DNA of 48,746 nucleotides, taken from positions 1 to 48,746 of the IMG/VR virus record IMGVR_UViG_3300020045_005690; one strand, given 5' to 3'. The first letter of the stretch is position 1. Every line of letters begins with the position of its first letter. Source of the DNA: a virus (lineage: Duplodnaviria > Caudoviricetes). Below, one piece after another: positions 8,989 through 16,925 of the stretch. The position numbers and the translations under genes were made by a program. A model generated the notes under the pieces. The model ran no database searches. It was not told the DNA's origin and worked only from the letters and a program-made list of their open reading frames with translations.

Positions 8989-9173
8989 ACACCTACATTA
9001 CAGTAAATTGTCCGAGGTGTTTACAAGAAGCAAAAGTAGACCCGATGAGTGCTAAAATATGGTGTAGTAATGACGAATGTCAACTGTGGTTCAATGTTGT
9101 TGGTAGAGTTCTAACAACAAATGAAGCAAACAAAATACCAATTACATATAAATTAAGAGATTTACTAAAATAA
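8985..9173 (+). CDS. Small Zn-ribbon protein
   Basis: CPRC and CSNDEC. Confidence 0.55.
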   Translation: MNTYITVNCPRCLQEAKVDPMSAKIWCSNDECQLWFNVVGRVLTTNEANKIPITYKLRDLLK

Positions 9174-9175
9174 AT

Positions 9176-9325
9176 ATGACAAAAACTAAATGTAAAAAAT
9201 GTGGTAGCCTAAATATGACGGATATGATTCTAAATCCTTTGGCTCCCAACGAGCAAAAGAATAGAACGCTTATCCATCAGTTATCGTGTCCGGATTGTGG
9301 TGTTATATCTCAATATACAGAGTAA
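9176..9325 (+). CDS. Small Zn-ribbon protein (49 aa), not in the ORF track
   Basis: CKKCGS..CPDCG. Confidence 0.6.
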   Translation: MTKTKCKKCGSLNMTDMILNPLAPNEQKNRTLIHQLSCPDCGVISQYTE

Positions 9326-9509
9326 TAGGATAGGTATGAAGAAAAATAAAATGAAACAATATATAACATTTGAAGAATTCCTGCTCTCGCCTCTTAGCAT
9401 TCAACAAATGTATCAGGAGGATACGGAAAGTGAACACATCTCTATCTTCAAACTTCGACAGTAGTTATACACTTTCATATTTGTGAGCCGACAAGGTACA
9501 CTTATATGA

Positions 9510-9896
9510 ATGCAAGAAAAAGACTTCCAGACAAAGTTCAACACGTGGTTAAAGTATCACGATGAGTATTGGGGTGCATTTGAACTCAAGTTAACTGATA
9601 ATCCATCACTTCCGTTCTCGGAAGTAAGACCTCATCAGATACAGAACTTGAACAACGTCAGGAACTCTCACTTTATCTACAAGATTCCAGATGAAGGATT
9701 CGGGCAAAAACCGTTTGATTGTTTCAAGCTTCAAAAGGTTCCTGCCTATATCGTTATAATGTACTACAGGCGAGGACAGAAGAATTTTTATATTATTCCA
9801 ATAGACGATTGGAATGCTTACGTTTCTATAAGCAAAAGAAAATCACTCACGGAAAAAGAGGCTGCCGACATCGGATTCATTTGTAAGTTAGCATAA
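9510..9896 (+). CDS. RecU-like / PD-(D/E)XK Holliday junction resolvase
   Basis: EKDFQ, FELK, LPFSEVRPHQ, KPFDCF. TACACT -10 lies 7 nt before the ATG (leaderless). Confidence 0.75.
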   Translation: MQEKDFQTKFNTWLKYHDEYWGAFELKLTDNPSLPFSEVRPHQIQNLNNVRNSHFIYKIPDEGFGQKPFDCFKLQKVPAYIVIMYYRRGQKNFYIIPIDDWNAYVSISKRKSLTEKEAADIGFICKLA

Positions 9897-9897
9897 A

Positions 9898-9932
9898 CAA
9901 AAAACACCTACTCTGGAGTGAGGTGTTTTTTG
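9898..9932. terminator. Bidirectional intrinsic terminator
   Basis: CAAAAAACACCT..AGGTGTTTTTTG. Confidence 0.8.
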
Positions 9933-10142
9933 CTACCAAAAGTTTAGACCCTAAAAATGCGTTGCAACGCGTGTTAGTGAGGACAAATATAAACCTCCTA
10001 ACATTTATAGTCTATCATAAATTTATTGATGAGTTATACCCTTCTCTATTTGATGAAATCTAATACACTTAAATAATGGTGGTCTCTATAAGTTGGGTGT
10101 AAAGCCACTCCGCCACCGCCAATGTTCTTTTAGGAGAAAACC

Positions 10143-10364
10143 ATGACACTGATGAAAGAGCTGGCACAGAAGCTTGCTGACAAACAGGCGATGAATACGA
10201 TTCTCGATTCCTGTGCTCCGCTCGTTCTTCAGGGAATTGTTTGGCGCGACACGGAGAGGTTGAGGAATTGTTCATCGGTTGTTTGGGAAGTGAAGTATTT
10301 GTATCTTCGTGGCAAGTTGGTGCATCACCCGTTGGTGTACACGCTTGTCCGTCTCAAGGAGTAA
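10143..10364 (+). CDS. Hypothetical protein, SD-led cassette
   Basis: AGGAG 6 nt before the ATG. Confidence 0.65.
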   Translation: MTLMKELAQKLADKQAMNTILDSCAPLVLQGIVWRDTERLRNCSSVVWEVKYLYLRGKLVHHPLVYTLVRLKE

Positions 10365-10366
10365 TC

Positions 10367-10588
10367 ATGAAGCGCACACTGAGCAACCGACCTATCAAGG
10401 TGGACTATACACCGAAGGCAGAGAGGAAGGTTGAAGTCGAGGAAGTTCCGATAAGGGAATGTCTCGTATGCAAAGCACCTACGCAGGGCTACGGAGCTTT
10501 CCAAGAAGGCTACGTTTGCTCGCACAAGTGCAATGATGCCTACGAGGAGAAACGCCCTCGCATGATGGACTACAAGGTGGAGAAGTGA
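10367..10588 (+). CDS. Small Zn-finger protein, SD-led cassette
   Basis: AAGGAG before ATG 10367; CLVC..CSHKC. Confidence 0.65.
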   Translation: MKRTLSNRPIKVDYTPKAERKVEVEEVPIRECLVCKAPTQGYGAFQEGYVCSHKCNDAYEEKRPRMMDYKVEK

Positions 10589-10800
10589 AAGACCACCCAC
10601 CCCTCACCCGACATCACCGCCTCCCTACTTCTCAAGGTGGTGAAGATGCTTCATGGAACATCTCGATGATTCCTGAAAAGCAACACCAAGCGTGGCACAC
10701 CCTATTTGGGAATAAAACCGCGTTTGAAATCTGCGAAATTATCAATTCGATATACCTCGACCCGCATTACAAGTTCCAAGTCATCAGGAGAAAATCATGA
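10585..10800 (+). CDS. Minimal HNH-like protein
   Basis: RHHRLPTSQGG..NIS..H..WH; GTGA overlap. Confidence 0.7.
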   Translation: MKDHPPLTRHHRLPTSQGGEDASWNISMIPEKQHQAWHTLFGNKTAFEICEIINSIYLDPHYKFQVIRRKS

Positions 10801-11072
10801 GAACTTTCATCTTTGCTTTCTTGCTGTTTGCCTCCCAATGCTTCGCCATGTCGCCCAACGACCTCATCGGCGGAGATGTCCTCCAGCAAGGCGTGTGCGG
10901 ATACAAAGGACAACCTGTCCACTGTGTCCTCGTGCAAAAGGACAACAAGCTCTACGTGGTGCTGTTTGACAGCAAGTACGAGCCGCGGCGCATGTTTCTC
11001 GTCAAGGAAGGAGCGAAACCTCCGCTTGAAGAAGATGAGACAACGCTGGTTTGGTCATCGGATTCCGTCTGA
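10797..11072 (+). CDS. Small secreted protein (signal peptide)
   Basis: MRTFIFAFLLFASQCFA signal peptide; AGGAG SD; Cys pair. Confidence 0.7.
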   Translation: MRTFIFAFLLFASQCFAMSPNDLIGGDVLQQGVCGYKGQPVHCVLVQKDNKLYVVLFDSKYEPRRMFLVKEGAKPPLEEDETTLVWSSDSV

Positions 11073-11078
11073 TGCCAC

Positions 11079-11109
11079 AAGTAGCCCAACAAACGGGCTA
11101 CTTTATTTT
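11079..11109 (+). terminator. Intrinsic terminator at a strand convergence
   Basis: AAGTAGCCC/GGGCTACTT stem with T-rich tail. Confidence 0.75.
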
Positions 11110-11188
11110 CTAAAGGACAAAAACTTTACACCCTAGTAACCTCACCGATGGCATCACATTTTAAACATTTTCCTATTTTCATACTCAT

Positions 11189-11362
11189 TTACTCATGTGT
11201 TGGGTTAGGGTGATACTCTCTAATGTCTTTCTTTCTTAGGTCGTAAACTTCTTTCATAACATATATCAGGTTACGATTATGTAGACACCCGAAGCAAAGT
11301 GTCGGGCTTCCTAGTTTTGCTCGGCAGGTATCACATTCCATAAATTCTGTTTCTTGCTTCAT
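11189..11362 (-). CDS. Small Cys-rich protein (57 aa), not in the ORF track
   Basis: ECDTCRAKLGSPTLCFGCLHNR. Confidence 0.6.
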   Translation of the reverse strand: MKQETEFMECDTCRAKLGSPTLCFGCLHNRNLIYVMKEVYDLRKKDIREYHPNPTHE

Positions 11363-11384
11363 AGTTATTTCGTATAATGTTGCC

Positions 11385-11765
11385 TTAAGGGGTTAGCGAC
11401 ACAAGATTATTCTCCAATAAGTACACAAGCATCTTAGCTCGTGCGTCTGCTTCGGTGTCTGCACCAGAGGCAGTTATATAACCACCTGTTGACTCACGTT
11501 CACACCTCCAAGGAAATTCAACACTTCTCGTCTTCCTACTAAGACAATCACTTAGCGACATCTCCCCAAGCTCTGCGACAGACCAAGTTGGTACAAGTTC
11601 TCCTGAATGCTCGTCGTACAACCCGTAATCAGTCTGGGTACTTAGAATAACCTTCCATTCTTCGTTCTTCTTTTTGTTCCAGTAAAAACTACTGGATTCT
11701 TTTACCCCTAACTCCTTCAGTTTTTGTGCAAGCTCTAGGCTTACGACTTGTTGTTCTAATTTCAT
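11385..11765 (-). CDS. Conserved phage hypothetical protein (SLELAQKLKELG family)
   Basis: Recurrent phage motifs VVSLELAQKLKELG and TEADARAKMLVYL. Confidence 0.8.
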   Translation of the reverse strand: MKLEQQVVSLELAQKLKELGVKESSSFYWNKKKNEEWKVILSTQTDYGLYDEHSGELVPTWSVAELGEMSLSDCLSRKTRSVEFPWRCERESTGGYITASGADTEADARAKMLVYLLENNLVSLTP

Positions 11766-11807
11766 GTTTGTTTAATTACTTTGAGTAATGTTGCTTCAAT
11801 GCCCTAG

Positions 11808-12362
11808 CTAGAAATCCTTTGTTTTAATCTTATACATTGTTCCATCTGGTGCGTGCCATACAATTCCTTCAATTCCACAGTCGTTTCCGTATTTACTTTT
11901 CTGTGTAGGTAGCCATTCTTTTAGTTCGTCGTAGGTTGTCGGCACGTTTTCAAATACTGGTGCTTGCCCTAGAGAGAAGAATACTATGCGGTTACTGTCT
12001 AGATTTAGCGGATTACCTTGAATGTTTGTACCTAGTAATTCGCCACTCCACTCTCCGTCTGGCACAGTAGAAAAGTCTGTATTCTTGATACCGTCAAAAA
12101 TCCACTTGTCCTGTGGGTCGCCATCTGTTGCCTCTTTGTACCAAGGTTCTTCGATACCTTTGTGCTTTTCTAACTTCGTAGGATTACGTCTCTTTTCTAC
12201 ACGAACGACAGTGTGATTTCGCACAGTTACACGCACGTTTGTACCGTCTAGTTTCTCGGTAGACGTCGAAATAAGCAGAACTTCGCTGTCCACCACCATT
12301 TCTTTAGTTATTTTTCCGTCTCCTTCCCAATTTCGATTAAAGATTGTTTTGATTTTTTTCAT
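11808..12362 (-). CDS. Compact RNA ligase-like nucleotidyltransferase
   Basis: Motif I EKLDGTN, III GELLG, IV EGIV, V KIK. Confidence 0.8.
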   Translation of the reverse strand: MKKIKTIFNRNWEGDGKITKEMVVDSEVLLISTSTEKLDGTNVRVTVRNHTVVRVEKRRNPTKLEKHKGIEEPWYKEATDGDPQDKWIFDGIKNTDFSTVPDGEWSGELLGTNIQGNPLNLDSNRIVFFSLGQAPVFENVPTTYDELKEWLPTQKSKYGNDCGIEGIVWHAPDGTMYKIKTKDF

Positions 12363-12475
12363 TTGATTTTATTATTTTGAATAATGTTGTCGTAGTGCCC
12401 TAGCTAAGAAGGAATACGTCTGGTTTGCTTTCGTTTGAGAGTCTTTACCTAACGCCTTAGATACACCTGTTACTG

Positions 12476-12667
12476 TTATTTCTCCCTTTGAGTCGGTAGT
12501 GGGTAGATAACTACGATTTGATTATTTTCCTTGTCGTAAACCACTTTAGCTTTTGGATTTTGCTTTTGCCAAAATCTCATTTCCGCCTTACGTATTTCTT
12601 CATTTAATTCTATTTGTAGTTCTGTTATTGTTTTCATTTCTTTTGCTTTTTGGATGAGTGGGTTCAT
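12476..12667 (-). CDS. Hypothetical protein
   Basis: ORF in the small-gene cluster. Confidence 0.55.
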   Translation of the reverse strand: MNPLIQKAKEMKTITELQIELNEEIRKAEMRFWQKQNPKAKVVYDKENNQIVVIYPLPTQREK

Positions 12668-12671
12668 ATGG

Positions 12672-13064
12672 TTATTTTAGTAATTCTGGGTCTTTATAAA
12701 TGTTGCCGATGACTTCACTTTCGTCCACCTGTCTTGTTGTTACTCCGTACGGTTCGTGGTCGTAGTTTTTGGCGTGACAAACTGTATAGAAACCTGTTCC
12801 CATACCAAATGGACTAAAATACTCTCCAAATCGGACTTCTCTACTATTTGGATTTAGTATATCCCCCTCATATATCTCCTTTCCATTCTTGTCTAACAGT
12901 CCTGTGAATTGCTGTAAAACATAACGACTATTAACTGGCATCGAGTGCTTTACGACTACTACATCTGCTTGGGCGCCAATCCACAGCCCGTAATTACCGT
13001 CTGTTAAATCTACCCACACTTCTTGTTTTGAATCCCACGCTCTAAATTTTATTGTTCTTGTCAT
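12672..13064 (-). CDS. YopX family protein
   Basis: IKFRAWD, QFTGLLDKNGKEIYEGDIL, EVIGNIY. Confidence 0.93.
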   Translation of the reverse strand: MTRTIKFRAWDSKQEVWVDLTDGNYGLWIGAQADVVVVKHSMPVNSRYVLQQFTGLLDKNGKEIYEGDILNPNSREVRFGEYFSPFGMGTGFYTVCHAKNYDHEPYGVTTRQVDESEVIGNIYKDPELLK

Positions 13065-13207
13065 ATATTTATATTCTGTTTTGCTTTGAGGGGGAGAGAT
13101 TCACACGTTTTACAATGTTTCTCTCCAAACTTTCTGACACTCTTAAAGTTGTTGCATATTTTACATTGTTGCTTTATTTCTTCTTTTGGTAGGTATTTTG
13201 ATTTCAT
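13061..13207 (-). CDS. Small Cys-pair protein (48 aa), not in the ORF track
   Basis: CKIC..CKTC; ATGA overlap with yopX. Confidence 0.5.
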   Translation of the reverse strand: MKSKYLPKEEIKQQCKICNNFKSVRKFGEKHCKTCESLPLKAKQNINI

Positions 13208-13242
13208 AATTCTCCTGTACGATTTTTGTTAGGTGTCTCATA

Positions 13243-13461
13243 TTAGTCTATATATTTACCGCAAAACATTTTTATTAGTTCCACATTGTTTGTTTTTGGC
13301 ATCTCCAGACAAAACAACAAATCTACGTCAGAACGAAGGCGGTCTAACTTTTGGTTTATCTTTATAATACTCAAACCCTGCACATAAATAATGGCACCAT
13401 AAATAATGGCACAGAGAAACAGCATTGCTATTAGGAACATAAGTGATTGTAGTGTTTTCAT
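13243..13461 (-). CDS. Small membrane-anchored protein
   Basis: N-terminal hydrophobic helix followed by a coiled coil. Confidence 0.55.
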   Translation of the reverse strand: MKTLQSLMFLIAMLFLCAIIYGAIIYVQGLSIIKINQKLDRLRSDVDLLFCLEMPKTNNVELIKMFCGKYID

Positions 13462-13553
13462 ATAATTTATTTAATTTATTAAGGACACAATCGCACTATT
13501 AAAAAGGTGTTGTAGTGCCAACATGGATTGAGTAGAGTGCATGGATAATTATC

Positions 13554-14945
13554 CTACCACTTACTTATATCCATTTCAACATCCGGCATTTCAAAGTCTA
13601 GTGAAGACATTTCATCACCCCTTTCTTCTTGAGGAACAGTTGTCCAAGAGTCGTCAATTTCTCCGACTTCATCAACATCGAGCGAAGCATCAACCATTTG
13701 AATCTTCTCGAAGCGAACCATAATGTCACGGAATTCTTCTCTCAACATCCATTTATCTCCCTTTGGACCGGTTCTTTTTTCACGAGTACATATTCCAAGA
13801 GCGTTTAGCTGTGCGAGCCAAGAGTTTACTACGATTGTTTGATACCCAATTGAAGTTGCAAGTCCGGCTGTCCCCACCCCCTGCTTATATCGTGCAAGTT
13901 CACGCAACGCAGTACGTCTTTTAATTGGGATACTGTCGAACATTATTTTATACAAAATATTAATCTGCTTTTCAGTAAGTGCCCCCTGATTTTCTCCGAT
14001 GACGATTTCTTTTTCTTGTTTTAGGTCTTCTTCATCTACCACAGCAAGTTTATTCATCAGTACGAACGCTTCCCCAAGTCCAATGATTTGTTTAGCCATA
14101 CGCATTGGCATAGTCTTGCTCGGGACGAACTCGACTAAGCCTCGGCGCTTATCAATCACCATACCAGAGGCAACGATGGTGACAAAGTTAACAATCTTAA
14201 GTAGGTCTTTTTTATCCTGCACACTTATTTCAAATGGAAGAGTCTCTTGATGCTCGAACACAAACTCAAGGTAGTCTTTCATACATTCCTTCAAATGGTT
14301 CTTCTTCTTTTTGAAACCATCTCCTTTATCCTTCATTGACTCTACGACACGCTCAAGTACATCCATTCTTTCAGGTTGAATCATAGAATACATAATGAAT
14401 CTGTCTCCCATCACCGCAAACTCCTCATTCTTTTCGTAGATGATTTCAGTACATCCGGCGATTGCCCCAACCTTTCCCTTCCAAACGATGTCGTCTCCAG
14501 TTCCTGTTCGCTTAACATACTTCTGGTCATACACCTCACGAAGCTGGGACATAATCTCCGCTTGAGCATCCTTATTCTTGGAAATCATTGATGTAAAGTC
14601 CTTGAATGTCATTATTGAACCAATACTCATCTTGTGTAAAAGAGAGGTCTCCTTGCCTGTTTTTTTCTGCCCAGAAGCGAAGGTGTTTACAGTCAGGTCA
14701 GAGATAGGGAAAGCGAGTGGTTTACCACGTAGGGATACCGTATCAATGGACTCTATTAGTTCCGTTTTACCCCCTGAAGGTGGAGAAATAATGAGGAGCC
14801 ATACTGGGTCATTGTCGAGCTGATTTGCGACCACTGTAGCGCAAATTAGAGGCACTACACCCCTGTCAGCCATAAGAAAGACCTCATCGAATTTCTTCTG
14901 AAGTTCCTCAATACTTCTAATTTTAAGTTCTTTTTCTTCAGACAT
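13554..14945 (-). CDS. AAA+ replicative helicase-like ATPase (MCM-like) with C-terminal winged helix
   Basis: Walker A PPSGGKT, Walker B-like MTFKDF, LREVYD, GDRF arginine finger; adjacent to primase. Confidence 0.7.
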   Translation of the reverse strand: MSEEKELKIRSIEELQKKFDEVFLMADRGVVPLICATVVANQLDNDPVWLLIISPPSGGKTELIESIDTVSLRGKPLAFPISDLTVNTFASGQKKTGKETSLLHKMSIGSIMTFKDFTSMISKNKDAQAEIMSQLREVYDQKYVKRTGTGDDIVWKGKVGAIAGCTEIIYEKNEEFAVMGDRFIMYSMIQPERMDVLERVVESMKDKGDGFKKKKNHLKECMKDYLEFVFEHQETLPFEISVQDKKDLLKIVNFVTIVASGMVIDKRRGLVEFVPSKTMPMRMAKQIIGLGEAFVLMNKLAVVDEEDLKQEKEIVIGENQGALTEKQINILYKIMFDSIPIKRRTALRELARYKQGVGTAGLATSIGYQTIVVNSWLAQLNALGICTREKRTGPKGDKWMLREEFRDIMVRFEKIQMVDASLDVDEVGEIDDSWTTVPQEERGDEMSSLDFEMPDVEMDISKW

Positions 14946-15017
14946 AAAGTTTTTCCAGTTGATTACTGGGAAACCCTAACGAGGGTGATTGGCTCACAAC
15001 AAACCAATCTCCGTTCA

Positions 15018-16064
15018 TTAGGGTTTCCCAAGAATCATCTTGACCGCAGTACGTAAATCACAAGAATGAATTTGTCTAACAATGTCAATAGTGTCGGCAC
15101 GCTTGAAACAACCAAAACAGTATGCGTGGTTATCAGGATATAATTTAAGAGAAGGTGAGTCATCATTATGGAAAATACACGTTGCAAAACCAGCCGAATT
15201 GAACTTCAGATAATTACTTATTGGCACCTGTTTTGCAGTCGTTATGTCATCTTTTCCGTTGTTAGTGAAACTTCTGCCGAAGTTCTTTTTCACACGGTTC
15301 CAGTTTTCTATTCGGTTGTTTAGATTTTCAATGATAATATCTATATGAATAGTTTCTTTGCCTTTCATATTTGCTTCACGCTTATCTTCCATAAAAGTAT
15401 CAATCTCTAATTTGAGGTCTTTGATAATTTTATCTATCTTATTTCTTTTACTAGGAATGATAGAAATATCTTTCGAGATATTCCAAGAGCGTGATTCATA
15501 AGCGATGTCCTGAAACTCTTTTAATGTGTGTGTTTTGAAAAAGTCAGTGATGTCTTTTCCATCTTTCATCTCTGGAAGGAAAATAATTTTAGCATCAGGA
15601 ATCATTGCTTGAACGCGAAGTGCACCACGAAAACCAGCCTCGTCTCTGTCGAAACAAATGTATATATTATTACCTTGTAGTTTCTCTACCCACTCTACAT
15701 TGAAAGTTCCGGCACCTCCTGTCGAAGATACTGCATTAAGACCGAAAGAGTTGAGCAGTACGCAATCAAGTTCTCCCTCCGTGATAAAGATGTTTTCTCC
15801 ACGTAGTCCGGTAAGTGTATGTGAATTAAACAAGGAAGCTTTGGAGCCGGAATCATAAGTATATTTCGGTCCTTCAAATGAAAACGGGTTCCTGCGATAT
15901 TTATTGAATAGTAGTTTCCCAAACTCATCTTTAACCGGAATAACAATTTGTCCGTCTTTAACGAAGATGCCAGTTGTTTGAAGTAGTTCATATGAAATTT
16001 TTCTATCTAGTAGCCACTGCAAAACAGGGTCAGTAATGATAGGTTGTGAAGTTGTGATTTCCAT
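15018..16064 (-). CDS. DNA primase: Toprim domain with C-terminal CHC2 zinc finger
   Basis: ITEGELD, CFDRDEAG, KDITD; CIFHNDDSPS..YCFGC at the C terminus. Confidence 0.88.
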   Translation of the reverse strand: MEITTSQPIITDPVLQWLLDRKISYELLQTTGIFVKDGQIVIPVKDEFGKLLFNKYRRNPFSFEGPKYTYDSGSKASLFNSHTLTGLRGENIFITEGELDCVLLNSFGLNAVSSTGGAGTFNVEWVEKLQGNNIYICFDRDEAGFRGALRVQAMIPDAKIIFLPEMKDGKDITDFFKTHTLKEFQDIAYESRSWNISKDISIIPSKRNKIDKIIKDLKLEIDTFMEDKREANMKGKETIHIDIIIENLNNRIENWNRVKKNFGRSFTNNGKDDITTAKQVPISNYLKFNSAGFATCIFHNDDSPSLKLYPDNHAYCFGCFKRADTIDIVRQIHSCDLRTAVKMILGKP

Positions 16065-16097
16065 TGTTGTGATTAAAGCTACATCTTAGTTATATAC

Positions 16098-16177
16098 CTA
16101 GTTATCCACACTAAATTGTTGCTTAATTTTTAGTGTAGCATATACTAATTAGACACACTAAATAAAGATGTGGATAA
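16098..16177 (+). promoter_or_regulatory. Promoter bracketed by two inverted DnaA boxes
   Basis: TTATCCACA 16102-16110; TTGCTT 16119-16124, 16 nt, TATACT 16141-16146; TGTGGATAA 16169-16177. 27/29 identical to 4443-4471. Confidence 0.75.
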
Positions 16178-16186
16178 GTACAAAAT

Positions 16187-16354
16187 ATGCAAGTATCACC
16201 GAAGAAAAAATATCTATACGATATGCGAGATAAGCTAATGATTCAAGCTTATTCTCAAGGATATAACAAAGCAGACATTGCTTTCATTTTTAATATGGAG
16301 AGAAGTTGGGTAACGCGTGTTATGAACAACCTCCTTAGAAGTACAAAGAAGTAG
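16187..16354 (+). CDS. Small HTH protein (55 aa), not in the ORF track
   Basis: RDKLMIQAYSQGYNKADIAFIFNMERSWVTRVM fits an HTH pattern. Confidence 0.7.
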   Translation: MQVSPKKKYLYDMRDKLMIQAYSQGYNKADIAFIFNMERSWVTRVMNNLLRSTKK

Positions 16355-16417
16355 CGTGTGTTTTCACCGCTACTTCTTTGTGTTCCGCAAGGGGCACATT
16401 AACAATTATAAGCCAAA

Positions 16418-16465
16418 GGACATCCACAGGGACAGCCATTAGGACTACCACACGGACAACCATAG
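16418..16465 (+). repeat. Four tandem degenerate 12-bp repeats (GGACANCCA..)
   Basis: GGACATCCACAG GGACAGCCATTA GGACTACCACAC GGACAACCATAG. Confidence 0.75.
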
Positions 16466-16479
16466 GCACAACAAATTAT

Positions 16480-16923
16480 ATGACAGACGGATATAACACA
16501 GTAGTAGACGGGGAACTGTTGAAGTGGGAAAAGGAGGGGGTTGCTGTTGAAGGTCTTCTACAGCGATACACTCAAAAGCCGGACACCGGGAAAGGTGTTG
16601 GGCACGTGTATGAAGTGAAGACTAAAAACGGAGTTGCCGCTTTCTTCGCACCACAACTTCTTCAAAAGAAACTAGAGAATCTCCCAATCGGTTCTATTGT
16701 GAAAATTACTTTCACAAACACAACTAAAACCGCAGTCGGAAATCCTCTTAAGCATTTCGATGTTGGTTTCATTAAGCCAGAAGAAGCAATGTTCTCAACC
16801 AAGCTTAAAGAGCTTGGGCTAGAGGGTTATAACAAAGTAGCCGATGAAGTTTCTCCAACTGGTGCACAAGCACTTGTTGATGAACTAAACGCTCCTAAGT
16901 TAGACGATGGAGCACCAATGTAA
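16480..16923 (+). CDS. Putative single-stranded DNA-binding protein (OB fold)
   Basis: Start at ATG 16480; beta-rich core, acidic tail (DDGAPM), located next to the exonuclease. Confidence 0.6.
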   Translation: MTDGYNTVVDGELLKWEKEGVAVEGLLQRYTQKPDTGKGVGHVYEVKTKNGVAAFFAPQLLQKKLENLPIGSIVKITFTNTTKTAVGNPLKHFDVGFIKPEEAMFSTKLKELGLEGYNKVADEVSPTGAQALVDELNAPKLDDGAPM

Positions 16924-16925
16924 TT

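Noticed and set aside
11126-11188. 20-codon ORF MSMKIGKCLKCDAIGEVTRV
   Set aside because: Too short to support; probably a truncated Zn-ribbon remnant at the cassette junction.
15018-15029. GGGAAAC -1 slippery site or CCC-TAA +1 shift at the primase end
   Set aside because: The heptamer is in the wrong phase, the +1 frame stops before the helicase, and the helicase is in frame 0, so a single shift cannot fuse them.
16418-16465. Possible mini CRISPR array near a Cas4-like nuclease
   Set aside because: 12-bp contiguous units with no spacers; the nuclease is an ordinary phage PD-(D/E)XK exonuclease.
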